64,000 nucleotides of DNA, taken from NCBI GenBank assembly GCA_044892525.1, contig CM097885.1, positions 25,174,001 through 25,238,000 on the forward strand, written 5' to 3'. The stretch comes from Schmidtea polychroa. Lineage: Eukaryota. The notes under the pieces are model-generated. The model ran no database searches and was not told the origin of the DNA. It saw nothing but the letters and a program-made list of their open reading frames with translations. Within the stretch, counting starts at the first letter, position 1; each line of letters starts with the position of its first letter. A program made the position numbers and the translations under genes. This document shows, piece after piece, positions 27,780 to 41,657 of this stretch.

Positions 27780-28923
27780 GAAATTGAAATGGTAGGATAA
27801 AAAGGATATAAGAGTGAAAGAGTCAAATGGACAAGGGGGGTACCCAACAATAGAATACCGCGCAGCAATCTATTCGACTCATTTATTTTTCTCGATAGTG
27901 AAGAATTTGGTTAATTATTTGAAATGAAGCGAACAGAATTTAATTATTCGCAATTTAGCTCAGTTTTATGATTTATTTAAATGTAAAATTATTGGCCGAT
28001 ATTTATTGGGAGAAATCATTTCATAGGGAATAATAAAAATATAACTATGCCATCTATGGGAAACCTTATTAAATTTCTTTCGACAAACAAATTTCTCAGT
28101 GTCGAACCGATGTGATTATGAGGTAGAATTGATGCATTTATATTTTTGTCTTGTGGACTTTCATTTTTTTTTCAATTGAAATTCATTTGATTTTTTGTTT
28201 AAATGAAATTAGTTTTTATATAGTTTCTGAGGATTTCCATATTGAAAGTTAAAAACTTAACAATGTCAATATGTGAAATATGAAAACTTAAAAATATGTA
28301 AATTGCAGAAGACATAAATTTGTTTATTGAAATAAATTTTATTAAAACATTTATTTATTATTAATGGTGGGTTGTTAAGTAAGTTATGCAGAAAACAAAT
28401 TCTAATCAGACTTTTATATTAAAACAACAAGACCAAACAAAAATACGTTCAATTTCCAATTCTGTTATTTCAAAACTTTCGACGTATAATCGTCAATTGT
28501 TCAGCCGTCGACTTGTACTCATTTGCGTAATTTCATTATGAGTTTAGGATTGACTGATTGCAATGTTCTAGCAAGTGACAAAAGAAATAGCTAAAAACGG
28601 AGGAGATTAGGAGAAATTTAAAAAAATAGATTACAACTTTAATTTTAAAAATGTTAATAAATATTTCTATAAACTATATTCATCAACTATTCGTAAATTT
28701 TCCAAAGACATATTTACTGATTCTGGGTACCTGTAAGGCTCTTTTATACGATAACAGCTCGGTGAAGTCATCTAGAAACGACAAAATTTAGACAAAATTC
28801 TCTGTGTTAAAACATGTTTTGTTTAATTAAATTCATATTAGAAATAGAAATTTTTTTTTGTAGTAATGAGTGGATTGCCTATAGCTGAAGATACCTGTTT
28901 TGCTTTTTGTTGTACATGGACAT

Positions 28924-30390
28924 TAGGGTGTCCAAACAGGTTTTCCAAAAACCGGTTTCTGTGCTCTTTTTTAAAAACCGGTATTAAACAGGTTGGCCCA
29001 TTTTAAAACTGGTTTTTTAAAAAGGACAGACTTATTAAATGCAAGAAAATCATATTGATATCATAAATTTTTTAGTGTAAAAAATCAATCAACTCGATGT
29101 AGTTTAATTTTTTAATAAAATAACAAATTTTGTTCAAATTTATCTGAATGCTGAATAGTAATATAATATCACAATCACACAAAATTTATTTTATTGCTAT
29201 TGTCGTTATCACCTATTAAATTATTAATTAGTAGATAACGTGTATTCGATTAATTGATTATTTTGATAACGTCAACTGATTAATTGAGTATCTGTTGCCC
29301 ATGAATTCGAATAAATCTATTGTGTGGAAATACTTTACGAAATATGACGAAAAAGCTAAATGTTATAAGTGTGAAAGAATGTTTCAGTACATGGGAGGGT
29401 TGACATCAAATTTGAGGAATCACCTACTTACAAAACACAATCTAAAATGTACAAGTGAAGCTGAAGGAACAACGACTGACGATTAACAAACAAGTGTTTC
29501 GAATCCCAATAACTTTTTCGTGAATCAATCACTATCAGGAATTCATCCAAAATGTGCATCAAAAGACTATTTGTAACTCTGAAATTATACGTGCAGGTAT
29601 TAAAAGCATGGGTTATGAGTGCCACAGTCTCCTAGTACAGTAAATGCATTATTCATCTCATACTAAACAGCAGCGCATCAGAATTTAAAGGCAATTATTT
29701 CAAATCTGCTTACGAACAATACTAGATCTTGTTTGACTGTTGATGAATGGACCAGTCTTGGTAATGTCAGATTTTTAAAAGTTACTGTTCATTCAGAGTC
29801 GAAAAACTACTATCTTGGTGTTGTAAAGATAGAAGGAAGAGCAAGCGCCGAAAAAATACATCAAACGGTGACTGGAAGTTGAAAGAATTTGGAATATTGA
29901 TTTTAAATCATGTGGCGGGTGTAACCAATGACATAGCAGCCGGAATGAAGAAATTTAGAAAATTGAGTGGTGTTTTGAATCAACTTTGTTCCAATCACGC
30001 GATTCATCTTTCCGTTACTGACGTACTGTATAACTCCGGTGTTTCTGAGAATAGTCAAAATAGTTCTGTAAATGTTTACGATGGTCAGTCTGATACTGGT
30101 CAGTGTGACGAATGGACGGTGGACATTACCACGACAAAAAGAAGTTATGACAATTATGTAAATTCTACAATCACCGTATGCAGACAACTCAGTAAAATCT
30201 TTCGAAAATCGTCGGTTAAAAACAACTTGTTAAAAGCACACGTCCAGAAAGATATGACGCTTTTAGTCGATTACAGAACAAAATGGAATTCATTACTTCC
30301 AATCCTAGAAAGAATTAAAAGTCTAAGGATTTTTAAAAGAAACCACGTTTCACTCAGAACAGCCCATAAGCAAGAAGAATTAAGGTAGAT
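28924..30390 (+). mobile_element. hAT (Ac/ZBED-like) transposon relic: left end plus decayed transposase
   Basis: Left end tagggtgtccaaac...aaaaccggt. BED finger VWKYF...AKCYKC...GGLTSNLRNHL..KH, then LTVDEWTS, CSNHAIHLSV and DYRTKWNS motifs. No right TIR found. Confidence 0.8.
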
Positions 30391-32230
30391 CTATTTGAAA
30401 GAGTACCAAGTCTTCGCACCTGAGGTTTGATGTCGTTATGCTTCTGATCCATGAAATCCATGAAATGCAAGGACTACCAATTTGTGATTAATGATTAAAT
30501 AATTTATAGTTATTAGGTACTTTAAATAATCCTTAAAACCTTTCAAAATTTAAAAAATGAATAAATTAGTTTTTTGGTATCTCATTTATTTTCAATTTGA
30601 CATAAGATCAAAAAGGCAAATAAGACCAAAAAAAACAAATATTTCACTAAATGTGTCAATTTTGATTTTTTAAATCCTATTTTTTGAAAGTATATTTCCA
30701 AAAATATTTTATATTATTTTAATTATTACTTTTTAATTTATTATATTTTTTATATATTGTCAGTTATTCTCAAGGTCAATGACAACAGATCAAATTTATG
30801 ATTTCATTGATTTCTTCTTTAGTGTTGATTTTTGGCTGTCTGTTTATGCTGAGAATTGCTTCTTAATAATAATAATAATAATAGTAAAAATAATAATAAT
30901 TTTCATTTCTTCTTAAATTTCAAATACAGTATGTTATTTATGAAACTTCATGATTGAAAGAGTTAAATGTTTTTTTTTGCTATAAAATTTCTATATATCA
31001 TTAGACACTTTAGGTACAGCTAAAATAACATTTCTCTTTCAAATCAAAGTTAAAGTGCTATTTTATACTTTCTCATAATTATAGCTATAATTTTCTATTA
31101 CATCCTAGTTTATTTAATTTTAACTTTATTTAATATAATAAATAACAAACCATTACAATTTACAAAATCTACAGAATATTAACACGAATATGTGTAATTA
31201 AATACAAGTTCCTAATCTTCTGCATTTTGATTTCTCTGCTAATTTTTAACTTTGAAACTTTTTTGAAGCGCTACAGTTTATTTTAGGTGATTGACGGGAA
31301 AATAATTCAGTTTATATAACAATTTAGAAAGGCCTCCCAAGAAATATAGCACCTTTGACAGTCATACATAAGGGCATCCACATTGCACAGATAGTAAAAT
31401 GTGAGTAATACTGTTAAATGACATTATGCAAGACAGTTAGCGAAATTAATAAAATTAAAAAAATTTTCATTAATATATTATTATTATTAGTACAAAAACA
31501 TGTTTTACATATAACAGACTGCAAAGTATATTATATAGATACGACAAATTGTCTAAATTATAATAAAAAATGACGTCATTTGCTTGAATGCAAGTTTAAC
31601 ATCACATTGTCGCAGTAAAACGATTGCGGTTTCAAATTGGTTTAAAGTTTTAGGAGATTTATAATTGTTGTCGAGATTTTAAATTAGCGTAAAAAAAACT
31701 TAGTTTAGATTAGTAATTTTTATTATTTTCATTTTTTACTCTCTCTATATTAGCTTCGCGTTTGATTTATTGATTGATTGGTGTTAAATTAACTTACTTT
31801 CCGTGATCGAATTAAGCTGAAATTCGGCAAATAGATTCATTGTCGAGAACATCAAACTTTCAGATCAATCCAATCAAGGAAAGTGAATTAATTTAAAAAA
31901 TATTGATAAGTCAAATCTAGTGTTATTTCCTTATTTCAATATAAATCCTCATCTATTCATTAACTTCGAATTAAAGAGATAACGTAATTATATCTAAAAT
32001 ATGTTGAAATCAAGAGAGTGAAACAGAGTAAAACATTTATGGAAGTACTGCAAATTGTAGCTGATATTTCAATTATTGACTGATTTGCCGTTGGTTTCTA
32101 TTTATTCTATTTCAATGCATATAAATTGCAAGTTGTGCTAAAATTTTCATCCGTTCCAAATCTAACATTCACTGGAAATTGATAAATTTTATAAATTATT
32201 ATTTATTGATTATTTAAAAATTTTCAAATT

Positions 32231-32545
32231 TTTTGAGCTTGTGATATGTGAGGCATTATTGATAAGAACTTTTAATCCTAAAATCAATGTGCCGAATGCA
32301 GTTATTACGTGTGTGTTGAATGTTTTTAATTTAGTTTTTGTAAGTTGATGTATATTGAATAATAGTTATGTTAAATAATTAAAAAAAATAATTAAAATTA
32401 TATTTCTAAATAATTTTAAAAGTTTAAATATAATTGATTATTGAAAATTATTTTTAAAAAGAATAATTATTAAAAATTTTTACTTATAATTTAAAATTTA
32501 TATATTTTATAATTTTTTTATATATTATCAATATAGTCTATATAT
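32231..32545 (+). mobile_element. Second, shorter 3' fragment of the 23-24 kb Penelope family
   Basis: gtgatatgtgaggcattattgataagaacttttaatcctaaaatcaatgtg... closely matches 23735-24020. Confidence 0.85.
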
Positions 32546-34077
32546 TCATAAAAATAAAATTGGAAATTTTTAGGCAATTTTTAGATTAATTAAACTATAT
32601 TCGATATAATAAAAAATGATTTTTCATAGAGAATCGAATATAAATAATAAATGTAAAAAATGCATTCATCAAAATATTTGATAAAAGAAAATATCACAGA
32701 TAGGGAATAACATTGAATTTTATTTTATTTTGAAATATTCTATATTTATAATTTTATTAATTCGCAACGTTTAAAACAAATCCTAAAATTGAAATTATTA
32801 TAATATAAAAACTAAAATAAAGCCTATTAAATGTTGAGATAAAATATGGCCAGGAATAGGATTAATAAGAAAAATATAAGAATGAAAAGTACAGAAATTC
32901 AATAAATAATTATTTATTTAAATTTGAATCTGGAAAAAATTTCAAGGAGACATTAATTAACGAAAAATTCATGAAATAAATGGAGAAGTAAATGGATTAG
33001 AAGTAAATGGACATGAGAGAGTGAGGAAGATTATTCCAGCTCAAACCCGATAATTATAGGAGTAATTCTAGTATAAAAAGAGAAACAAAATTGGAATGTC
33101 AATCGTTAGCCTCAATTTTGGAAACCAGAGGAACCGAAGGTAATAAAAAAGTAAAGACTTCTTAAATAGAAAGTGAATCAATTGATAAAAGTTGATTATA
33201 AAAAGATCAGGCCAAATTATTTAAAATGACTTAGGATGTAATAATTGACCAAAGTCACCGAAAATTTGTGAATATAAAAAAACATCGATATATTTACTGA
33301 TTCATAGTCAAGCCTTTTTAATAAATACAATGTTAATGGAAAAGAAATCAGTGGTGAAAATTGAAAAAAGTTCTTATAGTAATAATTGAAGTGTATAAAT
33401 TGTCTATCGTTTGTTTTATTCATTAATTTTGCAATTTACGTTGGAAGTGTTGTTATTTATTGAATTTAAAAAACACGAATATTTACTTATTAGAAACCAA
33501 ACATGTGAGTTGATTATATGTGATAAATTTATTATTACATTTCTGAGAATAATAATTTTATTATTGACTCTTGGATTATTATATTCACATTTAATATTTA
33601 CAAGTAATATTTACCAATGTCTCATCAACTTGTTATTTTTGCTGTACAGAAAACAAAGATCGTGGGCTAAATTTTCTAGAATATTAAAACAAATCGCGGA
33701 TAAAAAATAAATAAAAAAAAATTTAACTTATCTAAAATTTAAATGAACCCTCAAAACTTGTCAGTCACAATATTACATTGTCTCACATTGTATGAAGTTT
33801 CAGTGCCATAAACATTATTCTCGTGTTTAGCATTGTAGATAATTTGAAATGATTATTTATAAAATTCTAAAATATTAATCGTAACATATTATTAGAAATA
33901 AAAAAAGTTTTAAAATCCTAAACATTATATACAATAAACCCTCCTAAAGCGCGAAACTCTTATAAAGCGTTTTCGCTACAACGCGGTTAAAATAAGGCGA
34001 AAAATTTTCTTGTAACGCGATTTTTGTAGATCGTAACCGGAAACCCCAATTCAGCAAACAAATTTACTTTTTACGAG

Positions 34078-35260
<1,183 letters not shown>

Positions 35261-35513
35261 TATTTTTTGTTTTAATTATCGATTACTTAATAATTTAATT
35301 TTGTTTAAATCGTTGATTATATTATTTTTTGTTTTAATTATCAATTACATAATAATTTCGTTTTGTTTAAATCGTTTATTATATCATTTTTTTGTTTTAA
35401 TTATCGATTATGTTTGTTTAAATTATCGATTATGTAATTATTTAATTTATTATTATTATTGGGAAAGATATTAACGCCCGCGCGGAAGATGTTATTTTCA
35501 AAGTTTTAATCAA

Positions 35514-35615
<102 letters not shown>

Positions 35616-35684
35616 CATTATTATTATTATTATGATTATGATTGATTATCATTATTATTATTATTATGATTATGATTGTTATTG

Positions 35685-35826
35685 CAAATATTCATAAAAC
35701 TTAATTTCTACGTCAATTTCATGATTTTCAACATTTTCACGATTTTCAGCATTTTCATCATTATTTCAGGAACATTTTCATCAAATATTTTTCAGAGTAT
35801 TATTTTCAAAGAATTATTTTCAAACA

Positions 35827-35869
<43 letters not shown>

Positions 35870-36309
35870 TTTGGAAAGTTCTAATTATTATTTTAATTTA
35901 GAAGTTTCATTATTATTATTTACTTAAATATTTATAAAATATTTATAATTTATACGTCAATTACATGATTTTCAACATTTTCACGATTTTCAGCATTTTC
36001 ATCATTATTTCAGGAACATTTTCATCAAATATTTTTCAAAGTATTATTTTTAAAGAATTATTTTCAAAGAATTATTATTATTTTTATTATTATTTGGAAA
36101 GTTCTAATTATTATTTTAATTTAGAAGTTTCATTATTATTATTTACTTAAATATTTATAAAATATTTATAATTTCTACGTCAATTACCTGATTTTCAACA
36201 TTTTCAACATTTGCATGATTATTTTAATAATTTTCTACATTTTCATGATTATTTCAGGATTTTTTTCATCGAATATTTTTCAAAGTATTATTTTCAAAGT
36301 TTTTATCAA

Positions 36310-36310
<1 letters not shown>
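35685..36310. repeat. Tandem repeat, ~230-250-bp unit, about 2.5 copies
   Basis: aatttctacgtcaatt.catgattttcaacattttc recurs at ~35703, 35947 and 36170. Confidence 0.8.
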
Positions 36311-36383
<73 letters not shown>

Positions 36384-36448
36384 TCTACTAAATAGGAAAT
36401 ATTTTAATAACAATAAACAATAGGTTTTCATAACATTTTCAATGATTA

Positions 36449-36484
<36 letters not shown>

Positions 36485-37671
36485 TTTAAATTAATTGTTT
36501 TACTGAACTGAAATCGTAACATTAAACTATTGTTTCGTGACAACTTGAAATCAATTAAAACTAAATTATTAATGCGATCTTGATAAGGGCATTCTTCAGA
36601 AAATTTAAATTGTGTGCAAATAATTTCAGAAAAATTCGGATTTTTATTATTTAATATAATTGTCTTTTAATATAAATCTTGAAAAAATCTTTCAATTTCC
36701 AAAATTTGTCAATCTTACGGTTTATATGGAATTAGTTTTACGTGTGATTTGAAAATTACAAGTTTAGGGTTTGAATCCTCCATAAATAGTAAAATTCTAT
36801 CTCAACGTTCGATCTATGAGAAATTATAATAGGACAAATAATAGGATCAAGTAGGTTTGGCTGTTAATTTATCCAATCTTTCCGCTTTAAAGGTGTCATC
36901 ATGGAATACTAGCTTTATTCACTTTTTGTTACGCCACTAAAATCTTTACAAGCGACATAATTTTCAATTTCAACAAAACCTGGAGTGATTATATACATCT
37001 TTGTGGACATTAATGAAATCGTTGTTTTTTCTAATGTAAAAAGAATTAGGAAACAAAACCTGAAGTCAAATTGAAATCTTTCCCAGGTCACAAATGTATA
37101 GTGAAACTGAATATTTTGAAATGATCTTAAAATCGTAGAAAAAGTTTCAAAAATGCAATATAAAAAGTTGTGAGCTATATCGTGCATCGTGCAGCAAAGG
37201 AATATCGTCATTTAAACCAAACGAATACCTTCAAAAACGGAAGCTGCTCTCAAAGAACTATTAGTAGAAAACAAAAAGTAATAAATATTGTAGGGCCATT
37301 AAAAATTATAAAATGTTAGTCCTATTCATTGTGTTGAGGTCTCAATATTCGAAACATCAAAAAAACACAAGAATATAAATATTTATTAATAATAAAAATT
37401 ACCTAAAATAACAATGCAAGTTTCCAAATAAAATCGTATTATCAATTCAAACAATTATTTTTTTTATTCAATTGCTTTTGAGCTACTTTAAAATGACTGC
37501 AAATATGTATTTTGTTAATATGCTATGTAATGCGTGCTTATGTAATAATTACTGCTTTTTAGAAAATCTGTGAGACAAATTCTGTACTATCTCGGGTTTT
37601 AACTATTTCTCCGGATTAACCTTTCGAAATCGCTATAGCGCTAATTTTTGGCGATTGTTCTAAATATTATT

Positions 37672-37747
<76 letters not shown>

Positions 37748-39229
37748 ATTTTGAAATAAATTATTTTAATTTCCGGCTTATACGCACGGAATATTAATAT
37801 ATTAATTATATTTGTTTTCATACTATATTGTATGTTATATATTTAATATATCGTAAAATTAATATCCTATTGCGCGTTATATTTTAATATAATATTAATA
37901 TCTTATATACTATTATATATTAGAAATATGTTTTGCACTTTTAATAGTAATGATTTTTTATACTAATGGTTTATTTAAATTTTATAATAATATTATATTT
38001 AGTTGATATCAATGTTTTATTCATTTAGTCCCTTTTTATTTTAATGTTAAGTAATAAAATATAATTTTTTAATAATATATAAATCACAAAACCATATCTG
38101 TACATTGTATTAAAGAATAAAATTTGCAAGATGAGATATATCACAAAGGATGATCAATTGTTAGCTAAATATGTACAATAAAAGTTAACCAATACAATAT
38201 ACACAGAATAAAGAAATTTATAACATAAAGGAGTCAGTTGTCATAGAAATAAAAATAGAAATAGTCATGATACACATAAAATATGAAACTATCACATAAA
38301 TAAAATAGTCAATGTTGCTAGACTTGATAGCACGAGGGATAATTGATTGTTTCTGGATGGACTGTTTCTGGACGCATATTGCCTGGATTGTATTGTTTCC
38401 CAATGATCCACTTTATTGTCTATATTCGGCACATATATTGACCCTATATTTTCTGGGCCTAGTCTTATAATATTTGTTGAGGTTGAATGTGGTGATGGGC
38501 AACAATTGGAATGTATAGAAAATCTTTATCTAACGGATATATCTCAGTTGGGAACCAAGTGTACCTGTTGTTATTCTTTTATTGACCACGTTAACGACCT
38601 CATTTTATGCAAGTTACACATCATAACAAAGTTTATGGAAAACATCGTTTAATTTAAGTTTAAGAGTTTTTAATTAAAGAAAATATTTAAAATGTTGTTT
38701 CGGGAGAAAAGCCTAATACAAGATTTCTCAATGTTGTCAGCCTCAACATGTATCAAATCTTAAAATTGGTCCATAAGTGAACTGTTCGTAAGAAATTTAT
38801 TATCTTTGTTTCGCACTCGCACTTTTATCGCGCATGTCTGCGATTTTAGATTGCACCATGTTTGAATTTGTTATTTTAATATTGTTTTAACCCTTTTATG
38901 ACTCCTAGTACACATGTGTATCTCTAAAATTTATGCTGGGATTAAACGCTTTTAATTGGATTAAATTAAGTTTAAATGCGCACCATCTGCGCCGACTCAA
39001 AATGTCATGATAACGTCAAATTTGTTCACTTTCCTATAGCACATTAAGTGATTCAGCATGTCCTTTACAAAATTATACACTCCGAAAGGGGTAAAAATCT
39101 CAAAATAGAAAATTGAAATTCATTGGTCATGTATCTGTTTTCCGGCGTCAACTTATCTTTAGACGTTTATTATGAGTAGTAAAATGTGTCACCACTGGCA
39201 CACTCCCCCGGGAGGGATAAAAAAATTTT

Positions 39230-39640
39230 TCAAGGTCAAATTTTAAACAAAGACATGTGACTCATCAAGGTCATCGAAACAAAGACCATGACTCACCACA
39301 TGACTCATCAAGGTCATTGAAACAAAGACCATGACTCATCAAGGTCATTGGATGACTCATCATGGTCATTGAAACAAAGACCACGACTCATTCAGGGTCA
39401 TCGGATGACTCATCAAGGTCATTGGTTGACTCATCAAGGTTATTGAAACAAATACCATGACTCATTCAGGGTCATTGGATGACTCATCAAGGCCATTGAA
39501 ACAAAGACCATGACTCATTGAAGGTCATTGGATGACTCATCAAGGTCATATTTTGAAGGTCAAGGTCATATTTTAAGGTCAAGGCCATATTTTTAAGGTT
39601 GTCATATTTTTTAAGGTCAAGGTCATATTTTTAAGGTCAA
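39230..39640 (+). promoter_or_regulatory. Subterminal tandem array of TGACTCA-TCAAGGTCA-AACAAAG units (21/31-bp), putative enhancer or protein-binding array
   Basis: About 11 TGACTCA by hand count, mostly fused to tcaaggtca, with aaacaaagacca spacers. Mirrored at ~47300-47570. Confidence 0.55.
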
Positions 39641-39762
39641 ACCTTCACGAAAGGGTATCATTCGAAAGGTATTTGAGAGGTCTATCTAATGGTCATACCC
39701 TCGAAGGTGTATGGTGGGTCCCCGGCCTTCTAAGGGTAAAAAACCTTCGAATTTTTTCAAAC

Positions 39763-39828
<66 letters not shown>

Positions 39829-39924
39829 TTCGAAAGGTATTTGAGAGGTCTATCTAAAGGCTATACCCTCGAAGGGGGGTCAATAACCCTCAAAGGGTGT
39901 CCAAAAATAAATATTTTTAAAACC

Positions 39925-39955
<31 letters not shown>

Positions 39956-40259
39956 CATTCGAAAGAACTTTTGATGGTGAGTTCGAAGGTTTCAAGGTTC
40001 AAAAATTTTAAAACCTTATAATATACATATCAAACATAAGGTATTTGAGATGTAAGTATCATGGTTATACTTTCAAAGGTCATATTTTACAAGATGGCGG
40101 CTATATAGTTTAATTAAAGATTGCGTGTATTTTCCTAAAATTAATATTTTGATAGTACCTTTGCTTGGATTTTATTGATCAAGGGGTCATTTTAAAGGTA
40201 ATTCAAAGGGGAATCCGTGCGCGCAAATGATGTCTTAATTTGCTTTAATAAAGTAAAAA

Positions 40260-40368
<109 letters not shown>

Positions 40369-40480
40369 ATATATACTCCGAGTTTATCCGACAAAATATT
40401 CTTTCCCCCTATGGGTAATGGTCACAAGGGTACTGCTCACGCTCAACAACTCGCAATGGTATTATTACTATTATTATTAC

Positions 40481-40708
<228 letters not shown>

Positions 40709-40767
40709 GAAACATATATATAAATAGGTCTAATAACTTCATTTACAACATTCACAAATATTCATCG

Positions 40768-41338
40768 ATGTCTTCAAACGATCCACAGGTTTGATGTTAT
40801 AATTATTTAGTAATTTAATTATTTTAAATAAGGTACAAGAATTGTCTATTGATTGGGATCATTCTTTTTTTCATTAATAGATAAACTTCTAACAATAAAT
40901 GATGAAGATTATATATTCCTGGCCAAAATATATAAATCTTTCAAACATCAAGTAATTCAAAATCTATTTGATAAGTTCGGCTTCAATATATCGATGTTGA
41001 AATTAACCAGCTGTATAATATCTATAAATAATATTAATCATACAGAAATTAACATGCTTAAGGTTTTCTGGATATGTATGGATTTCAGGTTCCGAAAATA
41101 TCGCGAGCTTATTGAAATCTTCCTTCTTAATGCATATAAACTTGGTATTACAATACATAATTTACTGAATGAAGTCAGAAAACCGTTTATTATATGTTGT
41201 ATATGTCGAATTCGAGAAGTTTCTATTCTATATCTGCCTTGTGGCCATATCATTATTTGTTCCTTATGTTTGAAAAACTGTAGTAGATGTCAGAGTTGTG
41301 GTGTCATAATCGATGAATCTCATTCAGTGTATTTTTGA
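40768..41338 (+). CDS. IAP-type C3HC4 RING-finger protein without BIR (left TIR copy); probable short first exon 40768-40788
   Basis: CCICRIREVSILYLPCGHIIICSLCLKNCSRCQSCGVIIDESHSVYF*. ATG-MSSNDPQ, a 44-nt GT-AG intron (40789-40832), then VQELSIDWDH joins the main ORF if the T-run at 40865-40871 had one more T. Confidence 0.7.
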
Positions 41339-41361
41339 AATAAATGTTGTAAAACTCCTAC

Positions 41362-41443
<82 letters not shown>

Positions 41444-41657
41444 ATTTCAACTTTCTATCACAAATCATTGTTAACTAAAAACATAGTCGATTATTATAAA
41501 ATTTATAACACAAACGTTATGCCATAAAAAGTTGACAAACAAAAATAACTAAATATTTACAAATTTTTTATTCGCCATCATATTTACAAATTTTTATTCA
41601 ACATCGTATATACACAAATATAATCACAATGTTAAATAATTGGCCCAAAATATAACT

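Noticed and set aside
39255..39545. Regular repeats resembling a CRISPR array
   Set aside because: No unique spacers and no cas genes; these are subterminal tandem repeats of a eukaryotic transposon.
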